Below are positions 27,073-39,894 of a stretch of DNA of 64,000 bases, in pieces (position 1 is the first letter of the stretch; each line of letters opens with the position of its first letter). The position numbers were made by a program, and so were the translations under genes. The notes beneath the pieces are model-generated. The model was not told the DNA's origin. It ran no database searches and worked only from the letters and a program-made list of their open reading frames with translations. Origin of the DNA: the human T2T-CHM13v2.0 reference genome, Homo sapiens; the NCBI RefSeq assembly GCF_009914755.1, contig NC_060946.1, one strand, 5' to 3'.

Positions 27073-28984
27073 CAAAAATGATTAAGGATTTTAAGGCAGG
27101 CCCCACAGAGCATTAAGCCCCTAGAGCTGGCACCCTTCACAACTCTCTTCCCCTCCCAGCACCGCAGGGGCCCTCCTGGCCCTGGGACCTCCCATGGAGC
27201 AGGCTCTCTGTCCAGGATGGAGATGGGGACCCTCCTCACTGCCCTGTGCCCCTCATGGGCTGGACATGCCCACCACCCAGGAGGAAAGGCGTAAAGGGCT
27301 GGGCACCGCCCTTTTGGAACCAGAGGCTTGGTGGCCCCAGATGGGTCTGGCTGAACCCGCCTTTCGGGGGGCTGAGATAAGCCAGCCCCAGTTACTCAGC
27401 TGACGCCCCCTCCCTGCAGGGCCTGGGGTATGGAGCTTCCCAGACTGCACACCTAGCCCCTACCGCACTTCCATTGTCTCCAGACACGCGCAGCAACGGT
27501 GCCCAGGCCAAAAACAGGAAGCAGCAGCTCTCCCTCCTCCAGTTCCCGGGAACTGTCTCAGCCGATCCCCCAGCACCCCTCCCTGGAGCCTCACCTATAG
27601 GAGGACGGACACCTCGGACCCTCCCCTGCACCCAGTGCTGTAGGGAGCAACTTCAGCCCTGGGCCTGGGATGAATGCCCTCGCCAGCCTGGGGCCAGGAG
27701 ACAGGCTCTCCCTGGCTCAGCACCTGAGCGTCCACTTACAGGACACTCACCTGCAGAGGTGCCCTGAGCGCCATTGTGGGTTAAGGGACTTTCTCCCCTC
27801 TGGAGACAGTCCCTGAGAAGCTGAAGGTCTTGGGGGCCTCTCACCAAATGTCTTTGGGAGGTGGGAAAACATCAAATGCGGGTGTGGCTTCCCTGGAACA
27901 GCTCTGTGTGGGGACTCAGGAGCCAAGTCCCCCAGCACACGCCTCTAACACTTTCAGTAGGGGCCACCTCTCTGGAGCCACGGGTGGCTGCCAACACCCT
28001 GTGGTTCCCAGCAGGCACCACCCAGGCAAGAGAGAGAACAGGCCGGGGAACAATGGGCTGGCCTGGCCGCAAGCGCTGGGGCAGATCACAGACCGGATGG
28101 CCTAAGCTCATGCCCTGGGGCCACCTCTGACTCCCTGCAAGTGTGGCAAGGGTCCCTTTTGGACACCTTGAGAAGCTGCAGCTGGGAGAGGACCACCCGC
28201 CTGTCTGGATGTCCAGCCCAGGTGTCAGGGTCCAAATGACCAGTCCCAGGCCGCAGCCCTTACCACCCGCCCTGGCTGCAGGGGCTCCCAGAAGCCACCA
28301 AGGGCCTGGCTCGGCCTTGCCTATCCGCATCTGAGCTTCAGTTTCCTCATCTGCTCAAGAAGGGAGGTGAATACTGATTAAATTATGCAAACTCTTAGCG
28401 GCAGGATTAGGTGTGGCTGGGACAGCCAAGGCTCCCCAGGGTGGTGGCATCTCTGGAGCCCGGGGATGGGCCCTGTCTCCCTTCCGGGCCCCCCGCTGGG
28501 CTTGGGTACCTTCTCTCCCCTTCCTCCTTCCTCCCTCCAGAGGGGACCCCTGCAGAGCTGCCTCCGCCCCAGGGCTCAGCCTGTGTCTGACCCAAACAGC
28601 TCCTGCCTCCCCCTGAGGATGAGTTGGGTGCACCTCCTTCCTGCAGGAAGATGAGGGCTAGAGATGGAGGTCTATGTCAGGGCCACAGAGTCTGGAATCC
28701 TCCCTGGAGCTAAAACAGCCCTGCCTTATTCACCCTGCGCATCCCATCCTCTGCTTCAGCCCCGCCGGGCTCGCCCTGCATGCAAGGCGGGGCTGGGACC
28801 CAGGGTCTGAGCTTCGCCCTCTGGACATCCGGCTCATCGCCTGCCAAAGGTCCTGTGGCTGGAGGCTCCGGCCTCCTCACCCTCCCACAGGGTCCCAGGG
28901 CCGATCCAGGCCTGCGGGCCAGGAATGTGCTAACGGGGCAACTTGGGCCTTGCTGGTCCACGCAGGCACCTGTGGACTTTGAGA

Positions 28985-29060
28985 GGGGACTGGGTGGGGA
29001 GGGGCGGGGAGGGGCGGGGCGGGGCGGTGCCGCAGAGTGCAGGGCGGGCGGGGCCAGGCC
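28985..29060 (+). promoter_or_regulatory. SUSD2: SUSD2 proximal promoter: clustered GC boxes (SP/KLF), G-quadruplex-capable
   Basis: GGGTGGGGAGGGGCGGGGAGGGGCGGGGCGGGGCGG ~110-140 bp upstream of the ATG; no TATA box seen. Confidence 0.75.
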
Positions 29061-29133
29061 AGCAGGGAGTGAGCTTGTCTGGCCGCCTCGCCTCGGAGCC
29101 ACTGCACTGCTGGCTGCAGACACAGGCTGCACC

Positions 29134-29209
29134 ATGAAGCCAGCCCTCCTGCCCTGGGCCCTGCTGCTGCTGGCGACAGCCCTCGGCCCGGGCCCCGGAC
29201 CCACAGCAG
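29134..29209 (+). CDS. SUSD2: SUSD2 exon 1 (signal peptide MKPALLPWALLLLATALG...)
   Basis: ACCATG Kozak context, G|gtatgc donor. Confidence 0.96.
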
Positions 29210-30670
29210 GTATGCCTCCCTGCCCTTCTGTGTCCCCGTCTGTCTGTCCATCTGTCTGCAGCCAGGCCTGGGCTGACATCCCTCTGGGCTCAGCCTCTGT
29301 CCATCTGTCAGGCCATCTGTGGCTGTGCTAGGGGTGATGGGAAGAAATTCTGAGGGTCCATGTGGAGGGGCAGCCCATGGGGATGGGAGGTCTGAGCCGG
29401 GCCCACCCTAAACCTGCTGGTAGCTAGGAGGGAGGCGGGGGAGACCAGCAGAGGCCTCCGCCTGTGTCCCCAGCCCTGACAGGGCGGGATCACGGAGGGG
29501 GAGCCAGGATTGTGGGTCCTCATCAGGGTGGGGCTGAATCCAGGAAAGTCTAGGGAAAGCCCCGAACTCCAGAACCAGGACACTGGTCCCAGGCTGCCCC
29601 CCGTCCCCCACCCCATTTCCCATCGACCCTCTTGCCACTTATCTCACTTGCAAGCATCTCTCGGCCTCCTCCCCCGACCCCTGTGCGCCACCAAATCCTT
29701 GGCCAGTACATATTTATTGTTGCTTTTAAGTGCCAGGCACTGCACTTGGTGAAGTGGGGCCAGCGGGGTGGCTCAGGCCCAGGCCTGGCCCTCGACTGGC
29801 CTCTTTTGATGGGGGATGGGGAAGGGCCAGGGAAGTGCAATTCCAGCCTGGGTGCATGCACCTGCCCCAGTCCCTCCCTGCAACCCTTCCTTCATGCCAG
29901 CCCCTGGAAATATGGCCTTGCCCACCGGTCTTATGGCCCATAGGAGAAGTTTTGGGCCCGGCGCCCACAGCCCCTTGTGGTGTGCACCCCCACTTCCCTT
30001 TCCCCACTGCTGGGACCCCTGCTTGAAATGTCCCTCCTCTCCCCAGAAAGGAGGGGAGCGGCCCTGGCCTTCTGCCCTGAGCACGGAGCTCTCTTTGGGG
30101 TCTCAATTGCAGCCCCTGGGAGAGCGAGAAGTGTCACGTTCAGACCCTGCACCATTCCCTACCAGGCCTCAAATGAGACTCTTGGCAGCCATATCCCCCA
30201 CCCCAGTCCAGGCAAGCAAGAGGGGTTCTTCTGCAGGCTTCAGGGCCCCCAGAAGGCGTGCTGACCACAGACACCCTGGGGAGCCAAGAGAGGTCGAGGG
30301 CTCCAGCTACCGTGGCCCACTGAGGACCCCTGCCTGTGGGATAGAGGACTTGGTGGCTGAAGGGCAGTCATGCCCAGGGGCTTCTCCTGACCCTGCAGGG
30401 CTGAGCGGATGCAGCTTTTTGCCTCTTCTCGCTGCATTCTAGCCCGTCAGTCAGGGCAACAGCCAGATGGTCTGTGCTAAGATTCATCCCATCCCCACGG
30501 GCCCTGTGGCTTTCTACTGTGTCCACCTGGTGGCCTGTGCAGTTCCTGGCCAGCGTTCTCCTGGGGATGCTGCTGTCTAATGGGCTGTGGGAGAAACAGA
30601 GACAGGCCCTGCACATGGGGCAGCCAGTCCAGTACCCGCCGGGCCAGGCCCTCAGCATCCTCTCCTCCAG

Positions 30671-30881
30671 ATGCCCAAGAGAGCTGCTCCATGCGCTGTG
30701 GCGCCCTGGACGGGCCATGTTCCTGCCACCCGACGTGCTCTGGCCTTGGCACCTGCTGCTTGGATTTCCGGGACTTCTGCCTGGAGATATTGCCCTACTC
30801 AGGATCCATGATGGGCGGCAAGGACTTTGTGGTGCGGCACTTCAAGATGTCCAGCCCCACAGACGCCAGTGTGATCTGCAG
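30671..30881 (+). CDS. SUSD2: SUSD2 exon 2 (somatomedin-B domain)
   Basis: SCSMRCG...CSCHPTC...CC.DF..FC cysteine pattern; AG/GT sites in phase. Confidence 0.96.
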
Positions 30882-31108
30882 GTTGGGAGGCCCAGGAGGC
30901 CGGGCACTGGGGCCCCACGCCCCCATCCCTGTGCATGCTGAGGGCTCAGACCCACTGACTGGCTGAGTGGAGCCCCTCGGACCCAGGACAGGCAGGAGGG
31001 CACAGGGACAGCTGGCTGGTTGGGTTCCCCAGGGAGGTTGGGGGCCCAGACCATCGAGAGGCTCAGCCTGCAATGACCCAGCCCCTCCCACCACCACCAC
31101 GCCCACAG

Positions 31109-31260
31109 GTTTAAGGACAGCATCCAGACCCTCGGCCATGTGGACTCCTCCGGGCAAGTGCACTGTGTGTCACCTCTGCTCTATGAGAGCGGCCGCATCC
31201 CCTTCACTGTGTCACTGGACAACGGCCACTCCTTCCCTCGTGCGGGCACCTGGCTGGCTG
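31109..31260 (+). CDS. SUSD2: SUSD2 exon 3
   Basis: cag|G acceptor, G|gtgagc donor; frame continuous. Confidence 0.94.
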
Positions 31261-31749
31261 GTGAGCCCTCCTCCCTGCCCACAGCCTGCCCCCACGGGGA
31301 CTTTCCCCAGCGCTAATCTATGCACACCGAGACTTGGCCTGTCCGTGCCCTGCCTCTCTGGCTGAACCAGTCCCTTGGGAGGCCTGCCCGCCTGCGAGAG
31401 TTCCTTCAGCTCCTTTCCACTCCCTGGCATCCAGACCGCGGTCCCAGCCCAGAGTGAGTGGGAGCTGCAGGGGTCCCTAGAGAGGTGGGCCAGTGCCTAT
31501 CCACTGAGCTCCGCCATGCCAGGGCAGGGGAGAAGCCAGGTCGAGGCTAGAGGCGTGGGCAGTGGAGGGAGGGCAGGCCCCTGCCTCTGCGGCCTCAGCG
31601 TCCTTTTCTGCTGTGCGGGCCAGAGAGACCATCACCCAGCTGCTGCCATGCATTGGCCCTGGAGGCTCCCACAGCCCTTGAAGCCTCAGGGCCTCCTCCC
31701 TGCTTCCCTGGGCCCAGGCCCTCACTCACCCCTCACCTCCCCTGCCCAG

Positions 31750-31917
31750 TGCACCCCAACAAAGTGTCAATGATGGAGAAGAGCGAGTTGGTGAACGAGA
31801 CGCGTTGGCAATACTACGGCACCGCCAACACCTCAGGCAACCTCAGCCTGACCTGGCATGTCAAGTCGCTGCCCACGCAGACCATCACCATCGAACTGTG
31901 GGGCTACGAGGAGACAG
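31750..31917 (+). CDS. SUSD2: SUSD2 exon 4
   Basis: [18 protein letters not shown]...WGYEET; AG/GT in phase. Confidence 0.95.
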
Positions 31918-32379
31918 GTGAGGCCAGCTGAGGGCTGGGGTGGCATCAGAGCTTTGGGCCCCCAGAGGGGGAGAAAGGGGGTCCCAGCTGTGTGGGAGGA
32001 GGAAGGGAGTTTCCAGGTGGGGTTGAGGAGGGAAGGGAATTCCAGGCAGAGATTGAGGATTCGGATGGAGGGAAGTGCAGGTCAGGGGGGTCAGGCAGGT
32101 GGGAGGGGGCAGCTCATGGGGCCTGGCTCCAGGGGAGGAGGCTCATGAGGAACCCCTGCACGGCTGGCATGGCCCTGGGCCCAGCTTCCAGCAGGGACAG
32201 GGATCCTGGAGTGTGGCAGGAGGTGATGGTCACCCAAGCCGGGGTCCCTGCTAGAACAGCCCCTCCTAAGGGGACCGCCTGGCGGTCCATCCACCCATCT
32301 GTCAGGCTGCTGTAGGTGGCAAGGCCTGGGGCCAGGCCTCGAAGGAACCCCAGGGCTAACCAGGCATCCTCTCCCTCAG

Positions 32380-32554
32380 GAATGCCCTACTCACAGGAGT
32401 GGACTGCAAAGTGGTCGTACCTGTACCCCCTGGCCACACACATCCCCAACTCCGGCTCTTTCACTTTCACCCCAAAACCTGCTCCTCCCAGCTACCAGAG
32501 ATGGCGAGTGGGTGCACTTCGGATCATCGACAGCAAAAATTACGCAGGGCAGAA
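32380..32554 (+). CDS. SUSD2: SUSD2 exon 5
   Basis: [16 protein letters not shown]...YAGQK; AG/GT in phase. Confidence 0.95.
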
Positions 32555-32707
32555 GTAAGAAGGCATGGATGTGCAGGTGATGGCTGGAGGGCCTCGCCGC
32601 CCGAGGCCCATCATGCTTGCCTGGGCAGCCCAGGCTGGGGGTGGGGAGAGTGGGGCGACCATGGGGTGGTGTGGGCTGGCCCAGCTCCAGCATCATCACC
32701 TCCACAG

Positions 32708-32909
32708 GGACGTGCAGGCGCTCTGGACCAACGACCACGCACTGGCCTGGCACCTGAGCGATGACTTCCGAGAGGACCCTGTGGCCTGGGCACGAACTCA
32801 GTGCCAGGCCTGGGAGGAGCTGGAGGATCAGCTGCCCAACTTCCTGGAGGAGCTGCCGGACTGCCCCTGCACCCTGACCCAGGCCCGGGCTGACTCCGGC
32901 CGCTTCTTC
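32708..32909 (+). CDS. SUSD2: SUSD2 exon 6 (start of AMOP domain)
   Basis: DVQALW...LPDCPCTL...GRFF; AG/GT in phase. Confidence 0.95.
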
Positions 32910-33099
32910 GTGAGCCTCCCATCAGGGCCCAGGAGAGGGGATGAGGGGTTAGCCTCCCCACTGAGGACAGCACCAGGGGAGGCAGACAGAGGTGTCCTGG
33001 AGGGTGGGGCTGGGGTCTCAGGACCCCTGCAGGGTTGGCCTCAGGGAGGGGATGACAGAACCCGAGGCCACTGGGTGACAGCCACCTGCTGCTCTGCAG

Positions 33100-33185
33100 A
33101 CGGACTACGGCTGTGACATGGAGCAGGGCAGCGTGTGCACCTACCACCCCGGGGCCGTGCACTGTGTGCGTTCTGTGCAGGCCAG
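33100..33185 (+). CDS. SUSD2: SUSD2 exon 7 (AMOP)
   Basis: [25 protein letters not shown]; AG/GT in phase. Confidence 0.95.
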
Positions 33186-33274
33186 GTGAGCCCCCAGGCT
33201 GGGGCCGGTATGGGGATTGGGGTCAGGGGTGGGCTCCCAACAGTGGCCTGGCCCTGACTCACTGGCTCCTGCAG

Positions 33275-33543
33275 CCTCCGGTACGGCTCAGGTCAGCAGT
33301 GCTGCTACACAGCGGACGGGACGCAGCTCCTGACAGCTGACTCCAGCGGCGGCAGCACTCCCGACCGCGGCCATGACTGGGGCGCACCCCCGTTCCGCAC
33401 GCCACCCCGAGTGCCCAGCATGTCCCACTGGCTCTACGATGTCCTCAGCTTCTATTACTGCTGCCTCTGGGCACCCGACTGCCCCCGCTACATGCAACGG
33501 CGGCCCTCCAATGACTGCCGCAACTACCGGCCCCCAAGACTGG
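33275..33543 (+). CDS. SUSD2: SUSD2 exon 8 (AMOP)
   Basis: GQQCCY...FYYCCLW...[11 protein letters not shown]; AG/GT in phase. Confidence 0.95.
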
Positions 33544-33629
33544 GTGGGTGCCATCCCGTGCCCCAGACCCTGGGAAAGATCGGGCTGGGCTGGGGTGCAC
33601 CCCCACGTGACCCTCCACTCTCACCCTAG

Positions 33630-33773
33630 CCTCCGCCTTCGGAGACCCACACTTTGTGACCTTCGACGGCACCAACTTCACATTCAATGGGCGCGGAGAG
33701 TACGTGCTGCTGGAGGCAGCGCTGACCGACCTGAGGGTGCAGGCGCGGGCCCAGCCCGGGACGATGTCCAACG
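33630..33773 (+). CDS. SUSD2: SUSD2 exon 9 (VWD domain start, GDPH cleavage motif)
   Basis: [11 protein letters not shown]; GDPH at 33641-33652. Confidence 0.96.
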
Positions 33774-33870
33774 GTGAGGCCAGGGCTAGGGGCTGCTCTG
33801 GTTGGCATGGGGTAGAACCAAGGTGGGAGGCTGGAGCCAAGTGGCTCCCGTTCTGCTCCCACCACCGCAG

Positions 33871-34029
33871 GCACGGAGACCCGTGGCACTGGGCTGACCG
33901 CAGTGGCCGTCCAGGAGGGCAACTCAGATGTGGTGGAAGTCAGGCTGGCCAACAGGACCGGAGGTCTGGAGGTGCTGCTGAACCAGGAGGTGCTGAGCTT
34001 CACCGAGCAGAGCTGGATGGACCTGAAAG
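33871..34029 (+). CDS. SUSD2: SUSD2 exon 10 (VWD)
   Basis: [14 protein letters not shown]...WMDLK; AG/GT in phase. Confidence 0.95.
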
Positions 34030-34815
34030 GTGAGCAGTCCAGCCACGCGAGGCTGCGGGCTGCCCTCACCTCCTCCCCATTCCTGCAGGGAGACTGAGGG
34101 GAAGCCCTGGGCCTTCATGCCTCTCCCAGTCCTGGCTAGAGGCCTGGGTGGTCCGACCTCAGGCCTTCACACCCACCGAGGTGCCCCCGTCGTACCCACC
34201 TGGTCAAAAGCCGAGAGGCCGTGACGGTGGGACATGTCCTCCCTACGGAGGATCCCGGGAGCCTTCTGGAGGGGAACTCACCCTGGTAACGTTCACCGCT
34301 GGCCTGCACAGAGCCACTCCTGTGCTCCTGTCACTCCCTCAGTCCTCAAAAGCCACTGCAAGGTCTCCAGCCCTGCACGGTTAAGGATGCCCCTGGCAAG
34401 TGGTAGCTCCACATCTGAACCCCTTGCCTCAGGGAACTGAGTCAATGAAAGGATTCCTGGTTGGGATGGGTGAGGACCTGGGAGGGGCCTGTCAGCACTG
34501 AGGGTTCAGGGACCCTCGGGACGTGCCCAGGCAGGTGTGGCTGCTGCAGCCAAGGCCAGAGGGACCCACACGTGCATCTCAACATGGGGGATTCACTGCA
34601 GGGGCTGCACCTCAGGTGCCGCTGGGAGTTCCACCGCAAGCATGGCAGGGGTGGCGGAGGGTCATGGTCAGCAGAATTGGCCCCGGGAACGCCCTCCCTT
34701 CCCCTGCAGGTGCCCTCACCCACAGCCCCTGGGTGCCGACCACCCTGTCCTGGGGCTGCGGGAGGGGACAAGATGCTCACAGCGGGTGACCCTAATGCAT
34801 CCCCCTTGAGCCCAG

Positions 34816-35064
34816 GAATGTTCCTGTCGGTGGCTGCCGGGGACAGGGTCTCCATCATGCTGGCATCAGGGGCCGGCCTGGAGGTCAGCGTGCAGGGCCC
34901 GTTCCTGAGTGTGTCCGTCCTGCTGCCTGAGAAGTTCCTCACCCACACCCACGGCCTCCTCGGGACACTCAACAACGACCCCACCGACGACTTCACCCTG
35001 CACAGCGGGCGCGTCCTGCCCCCAGGCACCAGTCCCCAGGAGCTGTTCCTGTTTGGGGCCAACT
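34816..35064 (+). CDS. SUSD2: SUSD2 exon 11 (VWD)
   Basis: GMFLSV...[16 protein letters not shown]...FGAN; AG/GT in phase. Confidence 0.95.
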
Positions 35065-35184
35065 GTGAGTGACCGTGGAGTATATGGGGCAGACGGGGTG
35101 GGGGTTACTGGAAACATGGCACGGGCAGGGCTTGGGGACCAAAGGGAGCCATGCCCAGCCAGGCCCCGGTCATGTATCTTCCAG

Positions 35185-35457
35185 GGACCGTGCACAATGC
35201 GTCCTCCCTGCTCACCTACGATTCCTGGTTCCTGGTCCACAACTTCCTGTACCAACCCAAGCACGACCCCACCTTCGAGCCCCTCTTCCCCAGTGAGACC
35301 ACCCTCAACCCCAGCCTGGCACAAGAGGCAGCCAAACTATGTGGGGACGATCATTTCTGCAACTTTGATGTGGCAGCCACTGGGAGCCTGAGCACGGGCA
35401 CTGCCACTCGGGTGGCCCACCAGCTGCACCAGCGTCGCATGCAGAGCCTGCAGCCAG
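35185..35457 (+). CDS. SUSD2: SUSD2 exon 12
   Basis: [10 protein letters not shown]...[11 protein letters not shown]...SLQP; AG/GT in phase. Confidence 0.95.
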
Positions 35458-35572
35458 GTGAGGGCGGGCAGGTGGGGGTGGGCGGGGAGCTGGGACAGGA
35501 CCCCCCGGGGTGGCCAGATGTGTGTATGCATGGCAGCTCAGGCCTGTTGTCTGCACTCTGTCCCCATCCCAG

Positions 35573-35749
35573 TGGTGTCCTGTGGCTGGCTGGCCCCACC
35601 TCCCAACGGACAAAAGGAGGGCAACAGGTACCTGGCGGGTTCCACCATCTACTTCCACTGTGACAACGGCTACAGCCTGGCCGGGGCAGAGACCAGCACC
35701 TGCCAGGCTGACGGCACCTGGTCCTCACCCACCCCGAAGTGCCAGCCAG
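35573..35749 (+). CDS. SUSD2: SUSD2 exon 13 (sushi/CCP domain)
   Basis: [12 protein letters not shown]...FHCDNGY...[13 protein letters not shown]. Confidence 0.96.
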
Positions 35750-35838
35750 GTGAGGACACTCTGCTCATACACCTGCCTGCACCTGTCCCCACTCACCACC
35801 CCAGAGAGCCCCCTCACTGACACTCGCTCCCTCACCAG

Positions 35839-35941
35839 GACGCAGCTACGCGGTGCTGTTGGGCATCATCTTTGGGGGCCTCGCGGTGGTGGCGGCGGTT
35901 GCGCTCGTCTATGTGCTGCTGCGCCGCAGGAAGGGCAACAC
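35839..35941 (+). CDS. SUSD2: SUSD2 exon 14 (transmembrane helix)
   Basis: [25 protein letters not shown] then RRRK stop-transfer. Confidence 0.96.
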
Positions 35942-36025
35942 GTGAGACCCCCCAGCCCCTCTCCCAAGACCCCGAGACAGCCGGTGGGACCACCGAGGCT
36001 ACTTCTAACTGCGTTTCTGTTGCAG

Positions 36026-36050
36026 GCACGTCTGGGGTGCACAGCCCTGA
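36026..36050 (+). CDS. SUSD2: SUSD2 exon 15 coding part (HVWGAQP*)
   Basis: cag|G acceptor; TGA at 36048-36050; the 15 exons total 2469 nt. Confidence 0.95.
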
Positions 36051-36348
36051 TGGGAGCAGCTTGGCTGTGAGCACCAGGCCAAGACTCCTGAGAACAGGCA
36101 GCCCAGTCCTGCGACTCCCGCATCCCCAGGACCAGACACCTGGGACCTGGATACTTGATACCTGGGCATTTAACCCCCTACTCTGTCATCTCAGACCCCA
36201 GGCAGGAGGCCCAGTGTTCCAACACCCAAGCCCCGTGCTAGCAGCGCTCCGTGCTCTTCCCCAAATACTCACGGCTCTAATTCCCCAAACCTGAAACTTC
36301 ATACCCTGGGATTCTAATACCTATGTCCTGAGCCCTGACACTCCCACA

Positions 36349-36469
36349 CCTGAGCCTCAGATTCCAATAGCTCACTCCCTAGAGCCTGACGCCGGGGCCC
36401 CTGACCCCTGAGCCTCAGATTCCAATACCTCACTCCCCAGAGCCTGATGCCGGGGCCCCTGACCCCTGA
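36349..36469. repeat. 58-bp tandem duplication in the SUSD2 3' UTR
   Basis: CCTGAGCCTCAGATTCCAATA...GGGGCCCCTGACC units start at 36349 and 36407. Confidence 0.92.
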
Positions 36470-39400
36470 TCTACGGAGGCCTGCTCCCGGACCGTGCGGG
36501 CACCAGTGCAGTGCTGCCTTGGTTCCTGGACCCCTGGGCCCATCCTGGGACCCCAGATGGGGTAAGGAGAGGCCCCAGAACCCCAAAGCAGACAGCGAGA
36601 CCCCCAGCGGCAGAGGCCTCCCTCGGCACTCCAGGCTTATAATTTCGAACTCTTCTGGAAGGTCACTCAGGAACACCCTCCCTGCCTGTGCAAAGAGAAA
36701 ACAAGCGCCTTGTTTCCTTCCCTGGTCTCCTGGTGTTCATGCTGCGCCCTGGTTCTGGAGAGTTCCATGACCGCCTCCCGGGGTCACCACCAACAGTATC
36801 CAGAGTGAGGCAGGTCTGAGCCCTGCCTGCTTCCTCCACGAGGTTGCCGGGGATGCTCCCTCCCCAGGCTCTCTCTCCATGTATGCAGTGGGATGGAGAA
36901 CTGTGGCCGCCTCGTGGGGTGGGGAGGCCGCCAACACAGCACAGGGCTCACTTGGGTCACTCAGGAGATGGAGAAGGACAACCCCTCCCTCAACAGAGGT
37001 GCCACCCCCTCACCACGCCCTGGCGTGCTCTGGCAAGCACTGCCCTGCAGCCTCGGCTCCTTGGCTGGGTGCAGTCGCTGGCAGGATCAGTTCCAAGTCC
37101 TCAGGAGACCAGCGCCCAGGCTCCTTAGCCCAGGAATGTCCAGAATCTGGGCACAGAGCCCAGGCCTCAGGCCACGGTGGCCCACCTGAGCAGCTCTTTG
37201 TCGGCGCTTCCTGTGGGGCCTGGCATGGAGGCACAGACCTGGAAGCAGCTGGAGGATGACCAGGGTCCATCAACCTTTGTGGAGAGGGTCCCGAATGGGG
37301 ACTCAGGCAGGGTAGCATTGGTCGGGTTTGCCCCTTAGGTCTCAGAGAAAGTGCTGGAGAGGGTGAGGCTGGAAGTTGGGGGCCAGGTAGAGAACACTGG
37401 GTGGGGAGTTGAGCCGCCTCAGTGTGACCTGCAGCGCTGGGAGTGGCCATATAGGGGCAGCAGAGGATAGGAACAGCGAGTCTGGGTGGCAGGAGGTTGG
37501 GAGGGCAGTCAGCCCTGCCCTGCAGCTGGGTCAGCCGACTTGGTCACAACCGCAGCCAAGGTCTGCGCACAGCCCACCCCTCCGCCTCCCCGCACCTGGG
37601 TCATCCCCGCATCTCAGGAGTGTTGAAGAGGTTGCACAGGTCTCCCCAGGTCATTCAGCGGGCACTGACCATGGGGTGGGAGTCCAGGCCTCTCACCTGC
37701 TCAGCCTTGCCCTTGGTGAATGGGAGAGCTGGGGAGGCAGAGACATGTCTCATCTGAGGCCTTCCTGGAGGAGGTGAATGTGCATGATGGGGCACGTGTG
37801 CGGGAACCGAGCTGAGGGTTGCAGGGCAGGGGTGGCGGGAGGCTAGCGGAGGGGAATGGGGTCTGGCCTTCTCTCTTTCTAGAGCTCACTCCGTTGCTTC
37901 CCCATTCCCCTGGGTTTGCACCTCCAGGCATGGTGGGGCTGAGGGTCAGCCCCTTGGCGGGCTGGGCAGGTACTTTCCTCCCTACAGATGAGGTAAGGCA
38001 GGGCTCCCCTCCCACTGTCTGAATCCCCAGCGCACCCCTGTGCCACGCCAGGCCTGGGCCGGCCACGTGTCAGTGGGTGAGAGGTCAGTTTCCGGGTCAA
38101 GGCCTGGACATGAGGGAGCGGGCACAGGTTTTCAGGGGGCCCAAGAGCGGCAGGGGCAGCTTGGCAGCTCATCAGGTCCACTAGAGGGTGTCCCAGACAA
38201 GAGCAGCCCCCGAACTGAGGTCAAGAAACAGGTTGGATTCTCAGAGCTCTGATTGGTTGGACAGGGGTTCCAGATGGACAGGGGTTCTGGGTAGAGGAGC
38301 AGTCTATGCAAAGGCTCAGAGAAAGAGAAGTGCAGTCATGTCTGCGGAATGACAGGGGTGGGGGCCAGCCAAGGCCTCCCCTGCCAGGCCAAGGCATTTA
38401 GATTTCATCCTAAGAGCAAAGTGTGGCCTGCCTCGGGCTCCCCCACCCCCACCAGTCTCCCTCCAGGATGGGCCCTTGGTCTGCCCCCCCACCTCCCCTT
38501 TCCAGCAGGAGAAAGGGTGCCCTGTCTGTGGCCCCAGTCCCAGACATCAGATGTTCCCAGTGCCAGGGGCAGGCCAGGCTGGGAAGCCCCACCACCTGCC
38601 AGGGGCTTTTCCTGGGGCCCGAAAGAGATAGAGACAGGGCCTGTGCAAAGGCAGAAGGCCTGGAGCCGGTGCAGACTCTCTAGAGACATCAAAGGCAGGG
38701 ACCGCTGCCTCAGGGAGATGGTCTCCCAAATAGCAGCCCAGGGCTTGCAGGACGGGCAGCCATGGGAGCTTGCGGGTGGCTTACAGTAGGGTTGAAATGA
38801 TGGAGTATCAGAGTCACCCAATGGCCGGTACCATCGTGGTGGTACCAGTCAGAGTGGGGCAGATGGTAATCCAGGGCTTTGGAGACACAGGTGATGAGAG
38901 AGCTGGGGGGGTCAAACAGGAGCCGATGAGGTACCAGCAGGATCCTAAAACCCACCTTGGGCAGAAGGGCAAAGGGAGGAAGGAATGTGCTATGGGAGCC
39001 AGGCCCAGATCCCATGGAAGCGGGCGTCACGCAGGCCTGTGGGCCAAGGGGAGTCACAGAGGTGACAGCCCAGCTGCAGGTCCCCTGCTGGCTAGAGTAG
39101 GGAAGCCCGGCTTCTCTGTGCCCCCTGCCCTCCAGCCTCCCACTAGGTCTCCTGTTGGCTGAGCACAGTGGGTGCGGCTGATCTGGGGGCCAGGGAGGGC
39201 TCTGACTCGGTACAGTACAGTACAGGCACAGCTGGGGAGCAAGGGACCCCTTCTTCTGCCAAGCTGCTTCCTTCTGCAAGCCCCAGGGTGGCCGAGTGCC
39301 TGCTGTGGGCCAGACCTCTGCTAGGCCCATCAGGACACCCCTGTCCTCAGGGTCCAATGCTGCCAAGGAGGAGGCGGGGGGGTCGGTGCAGCGCACTGTA

Positions 39401-39660
39401 GGAGTGGGAAGTCAAGGAGGCATCGTGGAGGAGTGCGGCTTCCCACAGGCACCCCTTCAGGCTTTCACCAGCTCCCTTTGTTGCAAGGATGTGAGGATGA
39501 CTGACTTTGGAAGTCATGCCAACCAAGTCCCTGCTGACCTGATCACCCACCCACTACTCTTCCAGGACCAGGAAATAAACTTCTTTTGTGATTAAGCCTT
39601 AATATGTTTCAGGGACCATTTGTTGAAGCAGTTAGTTGGTGCTGAGATGGGAAAGAAACT

Positions 39661-39894
39661 TTTCTTCTGTGAGACAGGGTCTCACTCTGTCACCCAGGCT
39701 GGAGTGCAGTGGTGCGATCATAGCTCATTGCCGCCTCAACCTCCCAGGCTGAGGTGATCCTCCTGCCTCAGCCTCACAAGTAGCTGGGGCCACAGGCACG
39801 CTCAGGCTGGTCTTGAACTCCTGGGGTCAAGCAATCCTCCTGCCTCGGCCTCCCTAAGTGCTGGGATTACAGGCATGATCCACTGTGCCCGGCC
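39661..39894 (-). mobile_element. AluJ-like element with internal deletion
   Basis: Antisense Alu missing its central A-rich linker; flanked by AAAGAAA(C/T)TTT. Confidence 0.85.

Noticed and set aside
33641-33652. GDPH autocleavage motif in SUSD2
   Set aside because: Real, but an established feature of SUSD2, MUC4 and related VWD proteins; not novel.
38405-39396. 130-228-aa ORFs downstream of SUSD2 as a hidden gene or pseudogene
   Set aside because: No recognisable homology or coherent exon structure by eye; a tBLASTn search would be needed.
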